Of a stretch of 64,000 nucleotides of DNA, positions 8,559-19,100 are shown in pieces. The notes beneath the pieces were generated by a model that saw only the letters and a list, made by a program, of their open reading frames with translations, searched no databases and was not told the DNA's origin. The stretch is from the IMG/VR virus record IMGVR_UViG_3300044620_001883, positions 1-64,000 of that record; one strand, given 5' to 3'. The stretch's first letter is position 1. Each line of letters begins with the position of its first letter. The DNA is from a virus (taxonomy: Duplodnaviria; Caudoviricetes). The position numbers and the translations under genes are program-made.

Positions 8559-10954
8559 GCAACAGGCTGAAGATGCGGAGGCTCCCCGTAATACGTTTCC
8601 AGCAACGCGAAGGCCGAGTAGGCGTCAATCTCGATACGGTTGCCCTGATGCACCACCACATCGTCTGCGAGCCGCCGGAGTTCTAGTTCCAATGAGATCA
8701 TGTCCAGCTCGTCAGAGAACCGGTCAGCGTCACAGAAAACCTTCTGGGCCTTGAAGTCATAGCTAAAAATTTCAGCCACCTCCGTCTTGGGTATCTGCTG
8801 CAGCAGCTGCTCCGTCCATTCAAAGGACGGTGTGTCCGCCTCAAGTTCCAAGCCGCAGTAAGTGTGTAGAAACTCGCGCGCGCATGAGATCAGACTGTTC
8901 GTGTACAGAACGGATTGCTGCTGCTGCCACTGATGCGGCTCAGGTAAGGCCAGAAGTGTTTCACACACCCGCCTCACCAAACCCCTCAGGGTCTCAGCCG
9001 CGCGCCCCAAGACTTCCTCGGAATGCTGCTCCCGGACGATCTGGCCGTGGTCGCAGAGCAGGAAGTAGGGGGCGTGGATTTTGCCGGTGACGCGCCCAAC
9101 TGTGGCCCACACGGGGTACTGGTGGAGCCCCTCGGCGTCGCGTTCCACGCGGGAGACCGGACGGATCTGCCCGAGGCCGCGGAACAGTCCCTCCAGGAGC
9201 CCCGCCGCCGGCCCGTCATGGCGGACCTGCACGGCCTGCAGGCGCTCCCCACGCTGGCCCCGGATAATGGAGCCCAGGATCATGAGCATGAAGGTCTGGA
9301 CCTCTCGGGGCAGGTCCAGATCGATCGCGGCATCGAGATGCTTCTCGGCCGAGAAAGCATCTAGGGCCTGGACATCGGGGTGCAGTGGGAAGTCATCCTG
9401 GATGATGCCGTCCATGCCAATGATGGCCCCGGCAGTAAAGAAGGTGTCGCGTTTGAAGTTCCAACCCAGGAACGGCAACCCGATGCGGGTGCTCAATCGT
9501 GGCAGTGTCCCCCGCAGATAGAAGGCCACGCTCCGGAACGCACTGGGGTCCCGCAACATCGGAACCAGGAGGCTCTTCCCCGCAGCCAGGAGTAACTGGA
9601 TGTGCTCCTGGAGCTCCCGGGGCGAATCGAGTAGACGACCCGGCAGGATCATGTCCTGCTGGACATCCCCAATCAGGACCGAGGCCCGGTGGTGCAGGGC
9701 CGCCTTCTCCCCGAATGTCACGTTGCCGTCGATCCGGACAATGAAGTTGCTGAAGAGTTCCAGGGGACCACCACCACGCCTGACCCCATAACCCTCCGGG
9801 GTCTCCAACGTGATGGTCCGGTCAGTACGGGCGATTTCGATGCTGTACAGGGATCGGGCCAGTTGGTCTGCCGCTCCAACAAACCCGGCACTCTTGAGCC
9901 GTCCATGGAGTGCTTGCTTGAGCCACCCCTGTGGGTTGAAGGAACCCAACAGTACAAGACCCTGACTGGTCAAGCTTGAGCGCCGGATGTGCCGCTTCAG
10001 GACTCGGAACATGAAGTCATCGAAGCCCACCGGAGAGCCTGCCCCCATCGCGACCTTGATGTCCGGCCAAGCCCGCTGCATCCGGGCAATCAGGGTCGTC
10101 GATGTGTGTTCGTCGTGTTGGGCCACGAGAGCCGGGAGATCCGGCACCGTACTGTCGCCCTGCCCGAACAGGCATGTCAGCGAGACCGTCAGGGGATCCT
10201 GTACACGCCACCGGCTATTTTGAATCCCGGCCGAGATCGCAGTGTCATGGAGGTACACCTGCTGGGCGGTCGGGGATAACATCCTGAGCCCCGCGACGGC
10301 CACCCGGTAGTTGGTGAAGGGAATAGTAGTCTGCCAAGTTCCTCGGGGGTTCGTCAGCACAACCGCAGAGAGTGCGTGGGCCTTCTCCCAGTAGGCAATC
10401 ATTAACAACGGGGCCTCAGGTGGGAGCTTGGGCTCTGGCAACCCCAACGAGGTAAGCAGGGTCATGAAGGCTGGACGTTCCGCAGGTAGCATAACACCAA
10501 TGAGATGCTGCCCGGGATCGTAGATCCCGAGTTGCTGAAGCTCGGCCAACACGGAGGCCCTGAGACCATTGACATCCAGGGGAGCTTGCAGCTTTCGCAC
10601 GTACTGACATAACCGCCGACGCATTCGGGCTTGGCTGGTTATGAGTGGTACAAAGTTCTCAGGAGTGAACTCAGGACAGCGTAGAATGCGGTCTTGGAAC
10701 AGTCGCAGAAGTTCCTCGAGACCCTTCGCGTAATCACGATGCTTCGCAGACGCAATCTCAACTACGGACCCGGCCAGCATCGGACAGCTGTTATTCTGAC
10801 ACAGGTAGCTGTCGGACTGGATCCAGAGATCTGCACCGCAGTACGGACAGTCCATGATGTAACAATCATTGAGACGTCGCGTGCTGTACCCCAGGTACTC
10901 GGCAGTCTCGAGTGGGCGAATCAATTGTTCCAGTTGCTCCAGGGATTCAAACAT
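8552..10954 (-). CDS. Large protein with N-terminal Cys4 zinc finger; possible degenerate primase/helicase-associated protein
   Basis: CPYC...C.N.SC near the N-terminus; central FSNFIVRI...FLGWN..FF segment reminiscent of DUF927-type domains; no intact Walker A or TOPRIM motif seen. Confidence 0.45.
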   Translation of the reverse strand: MFESLEQLEQLIRPLETAEYLGYSTRRLNDCYIMDCPYCGADLWIQSDSYLCQNNSCPMLAGSVVEIASAKHRDYAKGLEELLRLFQDRILRCPEFTPENFVPLITSQARMRRRLCQYVRKLQAPLDVNGLRASVLAELQQLGIYDPGQHLIGVMLPAERPAFMTLLTSLGLPEPKLPPEAPLLMIAYWEKAHALSAVVLTNPRGTWQTTIPFTNYRVAVAGLRMLSPTAQQVYLHDTAISAGIQNSRWRVQDPLTVSLTCLFGQGDSTVPDLPALVAQHDEHTSTTLIARMQRAWPDIKVAMGAGSPVGFDDFMFRVLKRHIRRSSLTSQGLVLLGSFNPQGWLKQALHGRLKSAGFVGAADQLARSLYSIEIARTDRTITLETPEGYGVRRGGGPLELFSNFIVRIDGNVTFGEKAALHHRASVLIGDVQQDMILPGRLLDSPRELQEHIQLLLAAGKSLLVPMLRDPSAFRSVAFYLRGTLPRLSTRIGLPFLGWNFKRDTFFTAGAIIGMDGIIQDDFPLHPDVQALDAFSAEKHLDAAIDLDLPREVQTFMLMILGSIIRGQRGERLQAVQVRHDGPAAGLLEGLFRGLGQIRPVSRVERDAEGLHQYPVWATVGRVTGKIHAPYFLLCDHGQIVREQHSEEVLGRAAETLRGLVRRVCETLLALPEPHQWQQQQSVLYTNSLISCAREFLHTYCGLELEADTPSFEWTEQLLQQIPKTEVAEIFSYDFKAQKVFCDADRFSDELDMISLELELRRLADDVVVHQGNRIEIDAYSAFALLETYYGEPPHLQPVAQ

Positions 10955-11045
10955 ACGGTGGGGTTCAGATTAACGGGGGCGCCCAGGAATGCAAATGCTG
11001 GGGCGGGCGGGAACTATGCAATTCGATGGGTATTCACGTTATAGA

Positions 11046-11980
11046 GTTTTGGAAGCGGGCTGTTTTAGCGACAACTGCATTCCTCGCTTGCACCCTGCGG
11101 GGTGAACAAGATCTGAGTGGAGGACAGCCTCGCGACTCGGCATCGAACATACACACCCCTGGTGGGTTCGACTGACAGTCACATGGGGGATTCACCACAG
11201 CGACGTGTGGTGGTCAGACATATCAAATCTCGTCGCCACCTGCAGCAAGACTACAGGGAAGCCAACACAGTGGATCTGTGCTCTGCAACACTTTAGGACA
11301 TCCACGGATGTCCATGCATGCGCGACTCGAGCGGAGTCGGTGCAGAATAGTTTCCCCGCAAGGGGTCAAAGGAAACCGCAGCGGGTTGCTCTGCCGTGGT
11401 TTCACCTGATGGTGCCGTCGTACGCGCCTACATCACCCAAGCCCTTGAGGCAGTACGATAAGAAGGAGAGCGGCACCGCCCGCTTGCGAATCACCAATTA
11501 AAGGTGGGCAAGTAATCTCTCCTCCCTGGAACTTCCTTTGCGAGCAACAGCTCAGGGAATCCAGGCGGCGGTGCCACATTTCGCCCAGGGCTTCGAGCCA
11601 GGGTATCCGGTTATGGCAACCAACAACGAAGCCACCAAAACCCAAGAGCTGCTCACTCGGCTCTTTGGGATCTGTGACCGCAACGTGGCCCAACAGGCCA
11701 CGTTGCGGAAGCAGAAGGAGGACAACCGCCTAGCGGACCTCCGTCGTCGTGGGACACTCTGGTGTCCTCACAAAAACGAGTGAGCAACCCGTCCCTTCAG
11801 GGACGGGACCCTTTCCCTCGGGATCGCGGTCGACGCGATGCGCAGGAGCTGCTGGAATGTTTACCATCAATGTTGGCGACCAACAGCAGCAGACCACGCC
11901 CTGTTTACCCGGGGTGTGGTCAACAATTTCCCGCGGCATACGCGGGCCCCGGCACTGCCACGGTTACACCGGCAGGTAGA
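11046..11980 (+). ncRNA. Candidate large, highly structured non-coding RNA (~930 nt)
   Basis: More than 20 hand-verified stems, e.g. 11296-11302/11307-11313, 11354-57/11362-65 (GCAA loop), 11472-80/11567-75, 11482-90/11537-45, 11678-90/11696-708 (perfect 13 bp), 11788-95/11800-07, 11892-900/11913-21, 11930-35/11941-46. G-U wobbles work on the + strand only. Confidence 0.6.
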
Positions 11981-11988
11981 CACACCAC

Positions 11989-12417
11989 ATGAAAACCATG
12001 CAAAGCATCGGCGGCGTCCTAGTCGCCATCCTCGGCATCACCACCCTCGTGGCAATGATGCAGATCGCGGCCACGGCCGCCGAACCCACGCCAACCAAGG
12101 AGCCTGGCTCCTTGGTTGTCTCCCGCTTCATGGCGGGCGCCTCGACCCTTGAGGCCGAGGCCAAGAAAACGGAGGTCGCCGTCAAGGAGGCCTCCACTGC
12201 GTTGAAGAGCTCGTGGGAGCTCTTCAAACAGGAAATCAGCGCCCGCGCACAGGTGGGTGCCGTGGCGGCAGAACCCGCAGCCGCGGAGTTCGTGGACGCT
12301 GCCATGGCACACGTCACGGCAGAGCAAAGGGCCGCGACCGCGCTGGTCAAGGCCACCGCTGCGGCCGTTCAAGCGGGCGTCACCACCCCCGCCAAGGAGG
12401 TGGCGGTGAAGAAGTGA
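11989..12417 (+). CDS. Ala-rich protein with N-terminal membrane anchor or signal
   Basis: IGGVLVAILGITTLVAMMQIAATAA followed by an Ala/Glu/Lys helical region. Confidence 0.7.
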   Translation: MKTMQSIGGVLVAILGITTLVAMMQIAATAAEPTPTKEPGSLVVSRFMAGASTLEAEAKKTEVAVKEASTALKSSWELFKQEISARAQVGAVAAEPAAAEFVDAAMAHVTAEQRAATALVKATAAAVQAGVTTPAKEVAVKK

Positions 12418-12560
12418 AGCGGGCGTCCACACCTTCAGCGCGCCGCCCCGCGCGCTCCCCCGCAGCTCAAGCTCGCCGCAAGGCAGCCCGGGATGCCCGG
12501 CGGGACAACCCCGACTTCCGGGAGCACCGCGAGCTGCGACGCTCAACCAGCGCATGACCT

Positions 12561-12598
12561 ACGCGGGTGCAGGTGGTGAAAGCCACCTGCACCCGCGT
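12561..12598 (+). terminator. Perfect 16-bp hairpin with GAAA loop (terminator or processing/stability stem)
   Basis: ACGCGGGTGCAGGTGG-TGAAAG-CCACCTGCACCCGCGT; only a weak downstream U-tract. Confidence 0.55.
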
Positions 12599-12658
12599 CC
12601 CGCTCTTGTTTAGCTGTGACTTGCCAAAGCGCGTTCCCGCCAGCATTGTATCAACAAG

Positions 12659-13696
12659 ATGGACTACACCACCGACAACAATCCACGAGCTCTCCACCGG
12701 GCAACCCTGAATGGACTCGAGTTCCCCAAGTACGCATCCGAAGGTGCGTGGCCCTCTGCAGAGGACGTACAGAGTCTGGCGGACACAGCGTTCGCTGACC
12801 GCAAGAACCGGCTGCATCCCCTGCACACCAAAGCGGCGGCTTTCGTGTCAGCCGTGTACTGCGCGAACCTGGATGCGCAGCCGGCACCCGAGATCATCGA
12901 GAATCTCAAGCAAGCCGCGATGGCACATGGTATCGAAGCCGACGTGCTGCCTATCCTAGCCGAGATCAACAACAAGCAAGCCGCTGAAAGTTCCGCCCCG
13001 GATACTTACGCGCTCCGCGATGGCAAGGAACACGCCTTCTACCCTGTGGGTACCAACCACGACATCGAGCATTCCAGCATTGGGATCTTGCGCGATATGC
13101 GCAACAAGCATCTTCCCGTCAAGTGTGCCAGACAGGCCTGCTTGAACCTGGTGCGCCGCGCCGATCAGCTCAAGTACGCGCAGTCGCTGCTACCGGATGA
13201 GATTCTGCTCCTGGGCCGCGACACTGTGGCCCGAGTGGATGCGCTGGAAAAACAGGCGGACTGGCGGGAGCGGCAGACTGGTACAAACCTCTACAAGGAA
13301 GCGGTCGATATGTTCCGCAGCAACCCCACCGAGGAAAACCGCCAGGCTGGTGCGGAAGCCTGGGAGCAACTCGACGAAGCCTGTGGGATCAAACAATCCA
13401 GCCTGACCCCCTCTGTGGCGTCCTGCTGGTTCGCTGGTACTGATCTGGTTGCCGTCAAAGCCGCGGCTCGTCACATGGTTTGGCTCGGCGATGAGTCTGT
13501 ACCTAGTGGCGTGTTCTCAACCGTTCCGCCGGAAGTCTACCAGAGCTGGTACGGCGCCCACGAACAGGAAAAGATCGCGGCGGTGTTTGAGGCCGCGGCC
13601 CGCGACGGGCTTGAGGCTTCGGAGTTGCTGGATGCCATGACAGGCGACGAGCGCGCCGTGCTGGCAGGACATCTACAACGCCACCACCGTCCTTGA
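12659..13696 (+). CDS. Hypothetical, putative virion protein (K-x-A-A motifs)
   Basis: 345-aa ORF containing TKAAA, NKQAA and VKAAA. Confidence 0.55.
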   Translation: MDYTTDNNPRALHRATLNGLEFPKYASEGAWPSAEDVQSLADTAFADRKNRLHPLHTKAAAFVSAVYCANLDAQPAPEIIENLKQAAMAHGIEADVLPILAEINNKQAAESSAPDTYALRDGKEHAFYPVGTNHDIEHSSIGILRDMRNKHLPVKCARQACLNLVRRADQLKYAQSLLPDEILLLGRDTVARVDALEKQADWRERQTGTNLYKEAVDMFRSNPTEENRQAGAEAWEQLDEACGIKQSSLTPSVASCWFAGTDLVAVKAAARHMVWLGDESVPSGVFSTVPPEVYQSWYGAHEQEKIAAVFEAAARDGLEASELLDAMTGDERAVLAGHLQRHHRP

Positions 13697-13704
13697 TCTG
13701 AATC

Positions 13705-14367
13705 ATGCCACTCTTGGAAATTAACCGCGACGCGGCAGCGGAGTTGCTGCTCAACCCGGAGATATTCGGGCTGACCGTCGCGGTTATCCTTGAGGCCACG
13801 TTTGAGCCGGCGGTGCTGTACGGACAGGACACCGGCGAACCTTTGGACGCGCTGACGATATTCCACGAGCTGGAACGCAAGTACCGGGTGCAGTTGAACG
13901 AGGCCGCGCAGAATAAAGTGCAGGCTGTCATGACCCTGCACACCACAGAGGCCTACGAGAATGATCCACTGGCCTTCACTGGCATCACGCTGGCCCTCAC
14001 AGAGGGATATCTGGGTGATCTCGTGACAGGCACGCTGGAAGAGCTGGATGGTCCAGCAGTGATGTGGAGCCTCTTCGAGGCCGCTGCAATTGACCCGTAC
14101 CTGCGCCAGCTGGGTCCTGATGTCCAGCAGCTCGCCTATGACGCGCTCATGCTGCCTGAAGACAGTGAGGATGCGGATGGGGTGGAGGATATAGCAGATC
14201 CCATGACCGAGTTCACAGAGCAGTTGCAGCTGTTGCAGAAACAGCTGCGGACACTCGAGATGTCCCAGAAGCTAGCCAATCAGCTGATACAACGCGGCCT
14301 TGCCGCATTACCAGATGTCGACGAACAAAATCAAGGACCAGATTATCAAGCGCCGGATCAGTTCTGA
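13705..14367 (+). CDS. Hypothetical acidic protein
   Basis: 220-aa ORF in operon context. Confidence 0.6.
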   Translation: MPLLEINRDAAAELLLNPEIFGLTVAVILEATFEPAVLYGQDTGEPLDALTIFHELERKYRVQLNEAAQNKVQAVMTLHTTEAYENDPLAFTGITLALTEGYLGDLVTGTLEELDGPAVMWSLFEAAAIDPYLRQLGPDVQQLAYDALMLPEDSEDADGVEDIADPMTEFTEQLQLLQKQLRTLEMSQKLANQLIQRGLAALPDVDEQNQGPDYQAPDQF

Positions 14368-14496
14368 GCGCAGGAAGACGTCAATCGATGCTGTGATGGG
14401 TTTGACCAACGCAGATTGTCCCAAGGAGATCAAGGTTTCCAAGCATGTGCCACTGGCGCGTGACGTCTGGACGGAGCTGGAGGAGCGCATCAAGGC

Positions 14497-14949
14497 ATGA
14501 ACGCACCCCCGTTAGCGGATCTGAAGCACCCCATGCAACCCGTCGGCAGAAGCCCGAACGGAAACCTGCGCTTCAAAGCAAACACCATCGTTGAGTACTT
14601 GCTGAACCACGGGGGGATCGACATGAACAAACTGGCGCTGCTCCATTTCGAGCCAGAAGAGCGAGAGCACTTCGCGCAGCTGATCGGGTACTCGGTGAGC
14701 GGGTACGCCGACCTGTCCTACGCCTCGCCGGATGTTGTAAAGCGCGCCTATGCGACTGCCTTGGCTCCCGGAGAAGCGCCGGGCATAGTCTTCGCTGTTT
14801 CAAATGATGGCGGGAAGACCGGCGTGGCGTGGCGCGACAATCTCCAGGAAGCCATGGCATACTGCGACAAGCAAAACGCCAACGGAGGTGATTATGCGGT
14901 AGTGGCAGTCCGCCGGAAGTCGCACCCAGTACAGGAGGATGAGACGTGA
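14497..14949 (+). CDS. Conserved phage hypothetical protein
   Basis: HPMQP...LRFKAN.IVEYLL..GGIDMN.LA...F..E..HFAQLIGYSVSGY.DLSY resembles a widespread uncharacterised phage family (from memory). Confidence 0.65.
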   Translation: MNAPPLADLKHPMQPVGRSPNGNLRFKANTIVEYLLNHGGIDMNKLALLHFEPEEREHFAQLIGYSVSGYADLSYASPDVVKRAYATALAPGEAPGIVFAVSNDGGKTGVAWRDNLQEAMAYCDKQNANGGDYAVVAVRRKSHPVQEDET

Positions 14950-15215
14950 GCACCCTGACGCCCGCTGAAGCACAACGGCTGAGTGACATTGCGCTGGAAA
15001 TTTACGGGGCCGTCGAATACGGCAACATGGAGAAGGCCAGACGGCTTGTGCTCCAGCACAGCGGCGCGGCCGAGATCGAACGTCTCCGGGCAGGTGTGCA
15101 GGCGGCCGTAAACGATATCGACACGGAGGTCCGCGAGGGGTGGGGAAACGAGTCCTTCTTGGCAGGGGTGTCCCTGCAGCTGACCAATTTACTGAACGGA
15201 CAGGAGGCAGCATGA
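14946..15215 (+). CDS. Hypothetical protein
   Basis: 4-nt overlaps with both neighbours (translational coupling). Confidence 0.55.
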   Translation: MSTLTPAEAQRLSDIALEIYGAVEYGNMEKARRLVLQHSGAAEIERLRAGVQAAVNDIDTEVREGWGNESFLAGVSLQLTNLLNGQEAA

Positions 15216-15637
15216 GCGGATCCCTAAGTTCAGCCATGTCACGTATGGCCTGTCATCAGGGTATGGGTGACGTTTGTCAGCAGGTGCGGCACTTCGCTGA
15301 ATCGCTAACCGCGGAGGACAAAGAGCTGCTCATGGCTGCGGTTCAGGGTCCCAAAAGCATCAAAGTGCTGTCACTGGATCAGCTTGAGGAAGAGGCTCGT
15401 AAACACGAGGAGCAGATGGACCGCAACTTCGAGTACGACGCAAGGCTTGGATACCTCACCATTCACGTCGCTTACCCGTACCACATCGAATTGAGACGTA
15501 TCCCTGACCTGGAGGGGCTTGTCCCGTGGGTCGAACATCTCTCAGGTAAAGGTTGGATGACGGCAGACTTGATAAGGGAATTCATTCGACGTGTGTGCTT
15601 TATTAAAGGTTGGAAGCTTTATCGCCGGAATCTCTGA
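15212..15637 (+). CDS. Hypothetical protein
   Basis: ATG 15212 overlaps the upstream stop. Confidence 0.55.
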   Translation: MSGSLSSAMSRMACHQGMGDVCQQVRHFAESLTAEDKELLMAAVQGPKSIKVLSLDQLEEEARKHEEQMDRNFEYDARLGYLTIHVAYPYHIELRRIPDLEGLVPWVEHLSGKGWMTADLIREFIRRVCFIKGWKLYRRNL

Positions 15638-15638
15638 G

Positions 15639-16181
15639 ATGGGTACAGATAGTGCTGCATCATTCACTCCTGTACCCCACCATGTCGTACTTCGGCGTTC
15701 CTGGTTTTTACCGACGTGGGAAGGTTTGCGGTACAAAGAGGCGCCCGCGAAACATCCACGACTGAAGACCCCCTTCTCCGGTGTTGTGAACTTCTCCACG
15801 CAGTTACCGCCCATGGGCAAGCCCTACCCGGTTTTGAACCAAGTGGCGTATGACATGATGCGTAGGCTTCGCCGCGAACTCTCATGTGACATGCCTCCAA
15901 TGGATGAATCCCGCCATGGGGAGGCTTGGTTGGATATACACAACGGAGAACCCTTGGGATGTGTGACGATAAACATGGAAGCAGGCGAGCGCTTTTTGCT
16001 TGGTGCCTGGGTGCGGCCTTGTAGCAGGCGACAAGGGATCATGACGCGTTTGCTGGGCGCCGTCGCATGCAAGTACGGCAGCTTGCGGGCCATCCGACCG
16101 TCCCCGGCAATGAGAAACCTGCTAGCCCTTGACCACCATTCCCCGGAAAGCCGCCATGTTGCCGGTGTGGAGCCCACCTGA
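15639..16181 (+). CDS. GNAT-fold acetyltransferase-like protein
   Basis: LGCVTI...LLGAWVRPCSRRQGIMTRLL matches the GNAT acetyl-CoA-binding motif (V.P..R.QG). Confidence 0.6.
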   Translation: MGTDSAASFTPVPHHVVLRRSWFLPTWEGLRYKEAPAKHPRLKTPFSGVVNFSTQLPPMGKPYPVLNQVAYDMMRRLRRELSCDMPPMDESRHGEAWLDIHNGEPLGCVTINMEAGERFLLGAWVRPCSRRQGIMTRLLGAVACKYGSLRAIRPSPAMRNLLALDHHSPESRHVAGVEPT

Positions 16182-19100
16182 GGAACCATTGAGCTGGTCG
16201 TTGACGTAGTTGCGCAGATTCGGATCGTCGAACATGGGCTCCTTGAGCAGCAGCCGCGCTAGCACGAAGGCGAAGTTGACGGCATGCATGGTGTCGTCCG
16301 CCTTCGTGGAGTTGCGGATATGCAGGAAGTACTGACGCCCGTGACGGGTCTCGGCGTGCACACGCTGGCTGTTCAGGAAGTCATCCAAGTAAGGTTGGGC
16401 TGCGTCCCAAGCGTAACAGCGGATGCGCTGTTTCTTGATGGCTTCAAACAACTGCGTGATCGACTCAGTTTTGTTCAGCATGTACTGGGCTGGGAACTGC
16501 TGGAACTGCGGACGCGTGATCATTGGCAGATAGGGTGGAGAATAACCCCAGACGAAGTGCCGGTTGGGGTTCACACGCGCGTCGCGGTGGAGATAGGTGT
16601 TGTAGGCAAGCCCCGCGCCGAAGTCACTCGCAATCGCGGTGCCGCCGTATTCTGCGTGGGCCTTCAAGATGGACTCCGCGATTTCATCGTACTGCATACC
16701 CGAGTAACGGCGCATGTACAGGATGTCCATTTTGCCGTCTCCGTAGACACCCAGGATGATATGCACCGTGTAAGACGTCTTGGTCAGCCGGGACATCTGC
16801 GCGTCGGAGCCGCCCCAGTCACAACCGCTGACAATGAACCGATACGGGTTCTTGCTCTTGATGGCTTTGTGCAGCTGCGAGATGTCCCGGTAGGGGAGGG
16901 TGCAGATCGCCTGCAGATCCTTCTGGTTGATTTCTTTGAAGCCTTCCTCGGTTGCGATACCCCCAACTTCCTGCAAGGTCCTGGTCTCGCCGAAGTCCTG
17001 CAAGTACTTGAAGATCTTGGGCCACTCCTTGGGTGTCAGGAAGTCTGGAATCAGAAACTGTGGGATATGGATCCCGAGGATATTCTGATCGAGCTTGTGG
17101 GGTGCGGCGTGGGCATAGACACCATTTAGGGGGTTTGTAATCAGCCGGTCCGTGAATGGACACGTGAGACCCTTCTCCCGGATCATCTTCAGGACCTGTA
17201 CGCCGTCGGAACAGTCGATGAAGTCCTTGCCGTTCGGACTGCGCATCATCCACACGCCACCTGAACTCTGCTGGAACCGGTGCTCCAGTGGGCTGTCGAT
17301 CGTCGTCGAGGTACCGCTGTAGACCGTCACCGGGTTGCTGGTGTTGCGCTGCAGCTGCCGGATTTCAGCCTCAAGTCTGATGTCGAACAACTGATACTCA
17401 TCGTAGAGCAGTTCGTCGGCGGTTTTACCGCGCATGTGGGCCGCGCTAGTGAGCACGCGGTGCAGCTCGATGCGGCTGCCCGTCTTGTACTCCTTGAACT
17501 GCAGATTGTTGCGGAAACCCTTGGTCTCCAGGGAGTAACGGAAGCAGCGCTCCATGTCCCGCAGTTTGGTCGCGTAGGTCTTGATGTGATCCAGGTGCGG
17601 TGCGATGTAGATCGACACCCACGGCATCAACTGGGTCAGGATCAACTGCCGGGCTGACATATTCGTGGAGTTGTGACTCACGACTCCATTGATGACGTAG
17701 CTGTGGTGTCCATCCACCTCAATGTCCCACGCCGGTAGAGTACCAAGAGGTTTGATGCTACGTACTGAGGTCCAAGTTACAGGACCTTCAACAAGGTTAC
17801 GCAGCTGTCGGAACAACAGGCCGGGTCTGCCGTGCCTCTCAACGTAACCCAGCAGCGCGCGCAATTTGCGTCGCGTATACGAATTGGAGCTGTGCAGCTT
17901 CAACCCGATTGCCCGGTTCATACCCTTGATGGAAATGCGTTTGCCTGGAATACATGCTTCCTTCAGGACAGCGTGGATAAGTGCATGATACGAACCAGGC
18001 AACACGTCCTTGTTGCTGTTGGAAACCGTGGACGTGATACGCTCGGGAAGACGGTTCATCTCCTTGCCTGGAACCTGAAACAGTTCAATGAAAGTCTGCC
18101 AACCCTCACGACTTTCAATGCGCACAACATGCGCGTCACGGCAACGTTTGTACACACCATCCTTTTTGTACCCAGCCTTGACTGTGCTCAAGGATGAAGG
18201 CAAGCCGAACTTCCACAAGAGAGCCTGAACCCCTTCGGCCAATTTGCGGGAAGTGGACGAATACGTGATTTGCATCATCGTAGCCGCTGGTTTCACCATA
18301 CCATCCGTCGCCCACAGGTAATTGATGAACTCTATAGTGTCCTCAAAAGAAAGGTCAAAGACCCAAGCTGGGATCTGTTTATCCCAGGCATACTTGCCTA
18401 TCAGGTTGTCCTCAATGGCCCATTGCAACACTTCACCATCTCGGTTGCAGGCAATATGCACTGCATGTGTTCCCTTCTTATCATGGACCCGCACAGGGCG
18501 AGCTTGGCGTGGAGTGCAAATGCGCACAAACTCATCACGCAGTGCAGCATTGGCAGCGGTGAAACTGACAGTCCGATCTACCGTACTGCCATCGCCCAGG
18601 ATCATGGCCAGCAGGCGAATCCGATCCAAACCAGGGACCGCAGTGCCGGTGAACACCCCACCTTGACGCACATCCGCTACGAAATCGCCGACTTTCAAAT
18701 CTCTCACTTCTTTCCAGCCTTCGGGAGTGAGAAGTCGGTGGTTGTCCGACAGTTTAAGTTGCGCACCAGACCGCAGAGAAACTTCGCTGCACGGTAGTAC
18801 TCCCGCTTGGTGGACTGCCTGCACAGTGTGTTCACACAGTGTGTGCTCGTGGGGGTTCACACCGACTAGACGCATACCGGCTTTCAGGTCAGCCGGGTAG
18901 CATGGTAGCCCGTTGTGCCCCATTACAGGCTCATTTGCACCAACGACCCGGCATTTACTGATCTGCCGCGAACCCTTGATGACCAAGTACCCCTGGGTCA
19001 TCATTGAGTACATCGGAAAAGCAAACGGCCGCCGGCTCAGTGTCATAGGTGTGTTGGGCCCCCCGAAGTGGGGGAAGAACCAAGGTAACAAGAAGCCTGT

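Noticed and set aside
11160-11200. GGTTCGA as a tRNA or tmRNA T-arm
   Set aside because: No T-stem closure after TTCGA, no cloverleaf or CCA end, no tag reading frame.
11205-11783. ORFs 11205-11501, 11433-11693 and 11538-11783 as proteins
   Set aside because: Short, mutually overlapping, no motifs, not coupled to neighbours; better explained as by-products of a GC-rich structured region, though not excluded.
11848-11980. Group I intron P/Q-like pair (TGCTGGAA ... AACAGCAG)
   Set aside because: No convincing R/S (P7) elements follow and no interrupted gene flanks it; no group II domain V found either.
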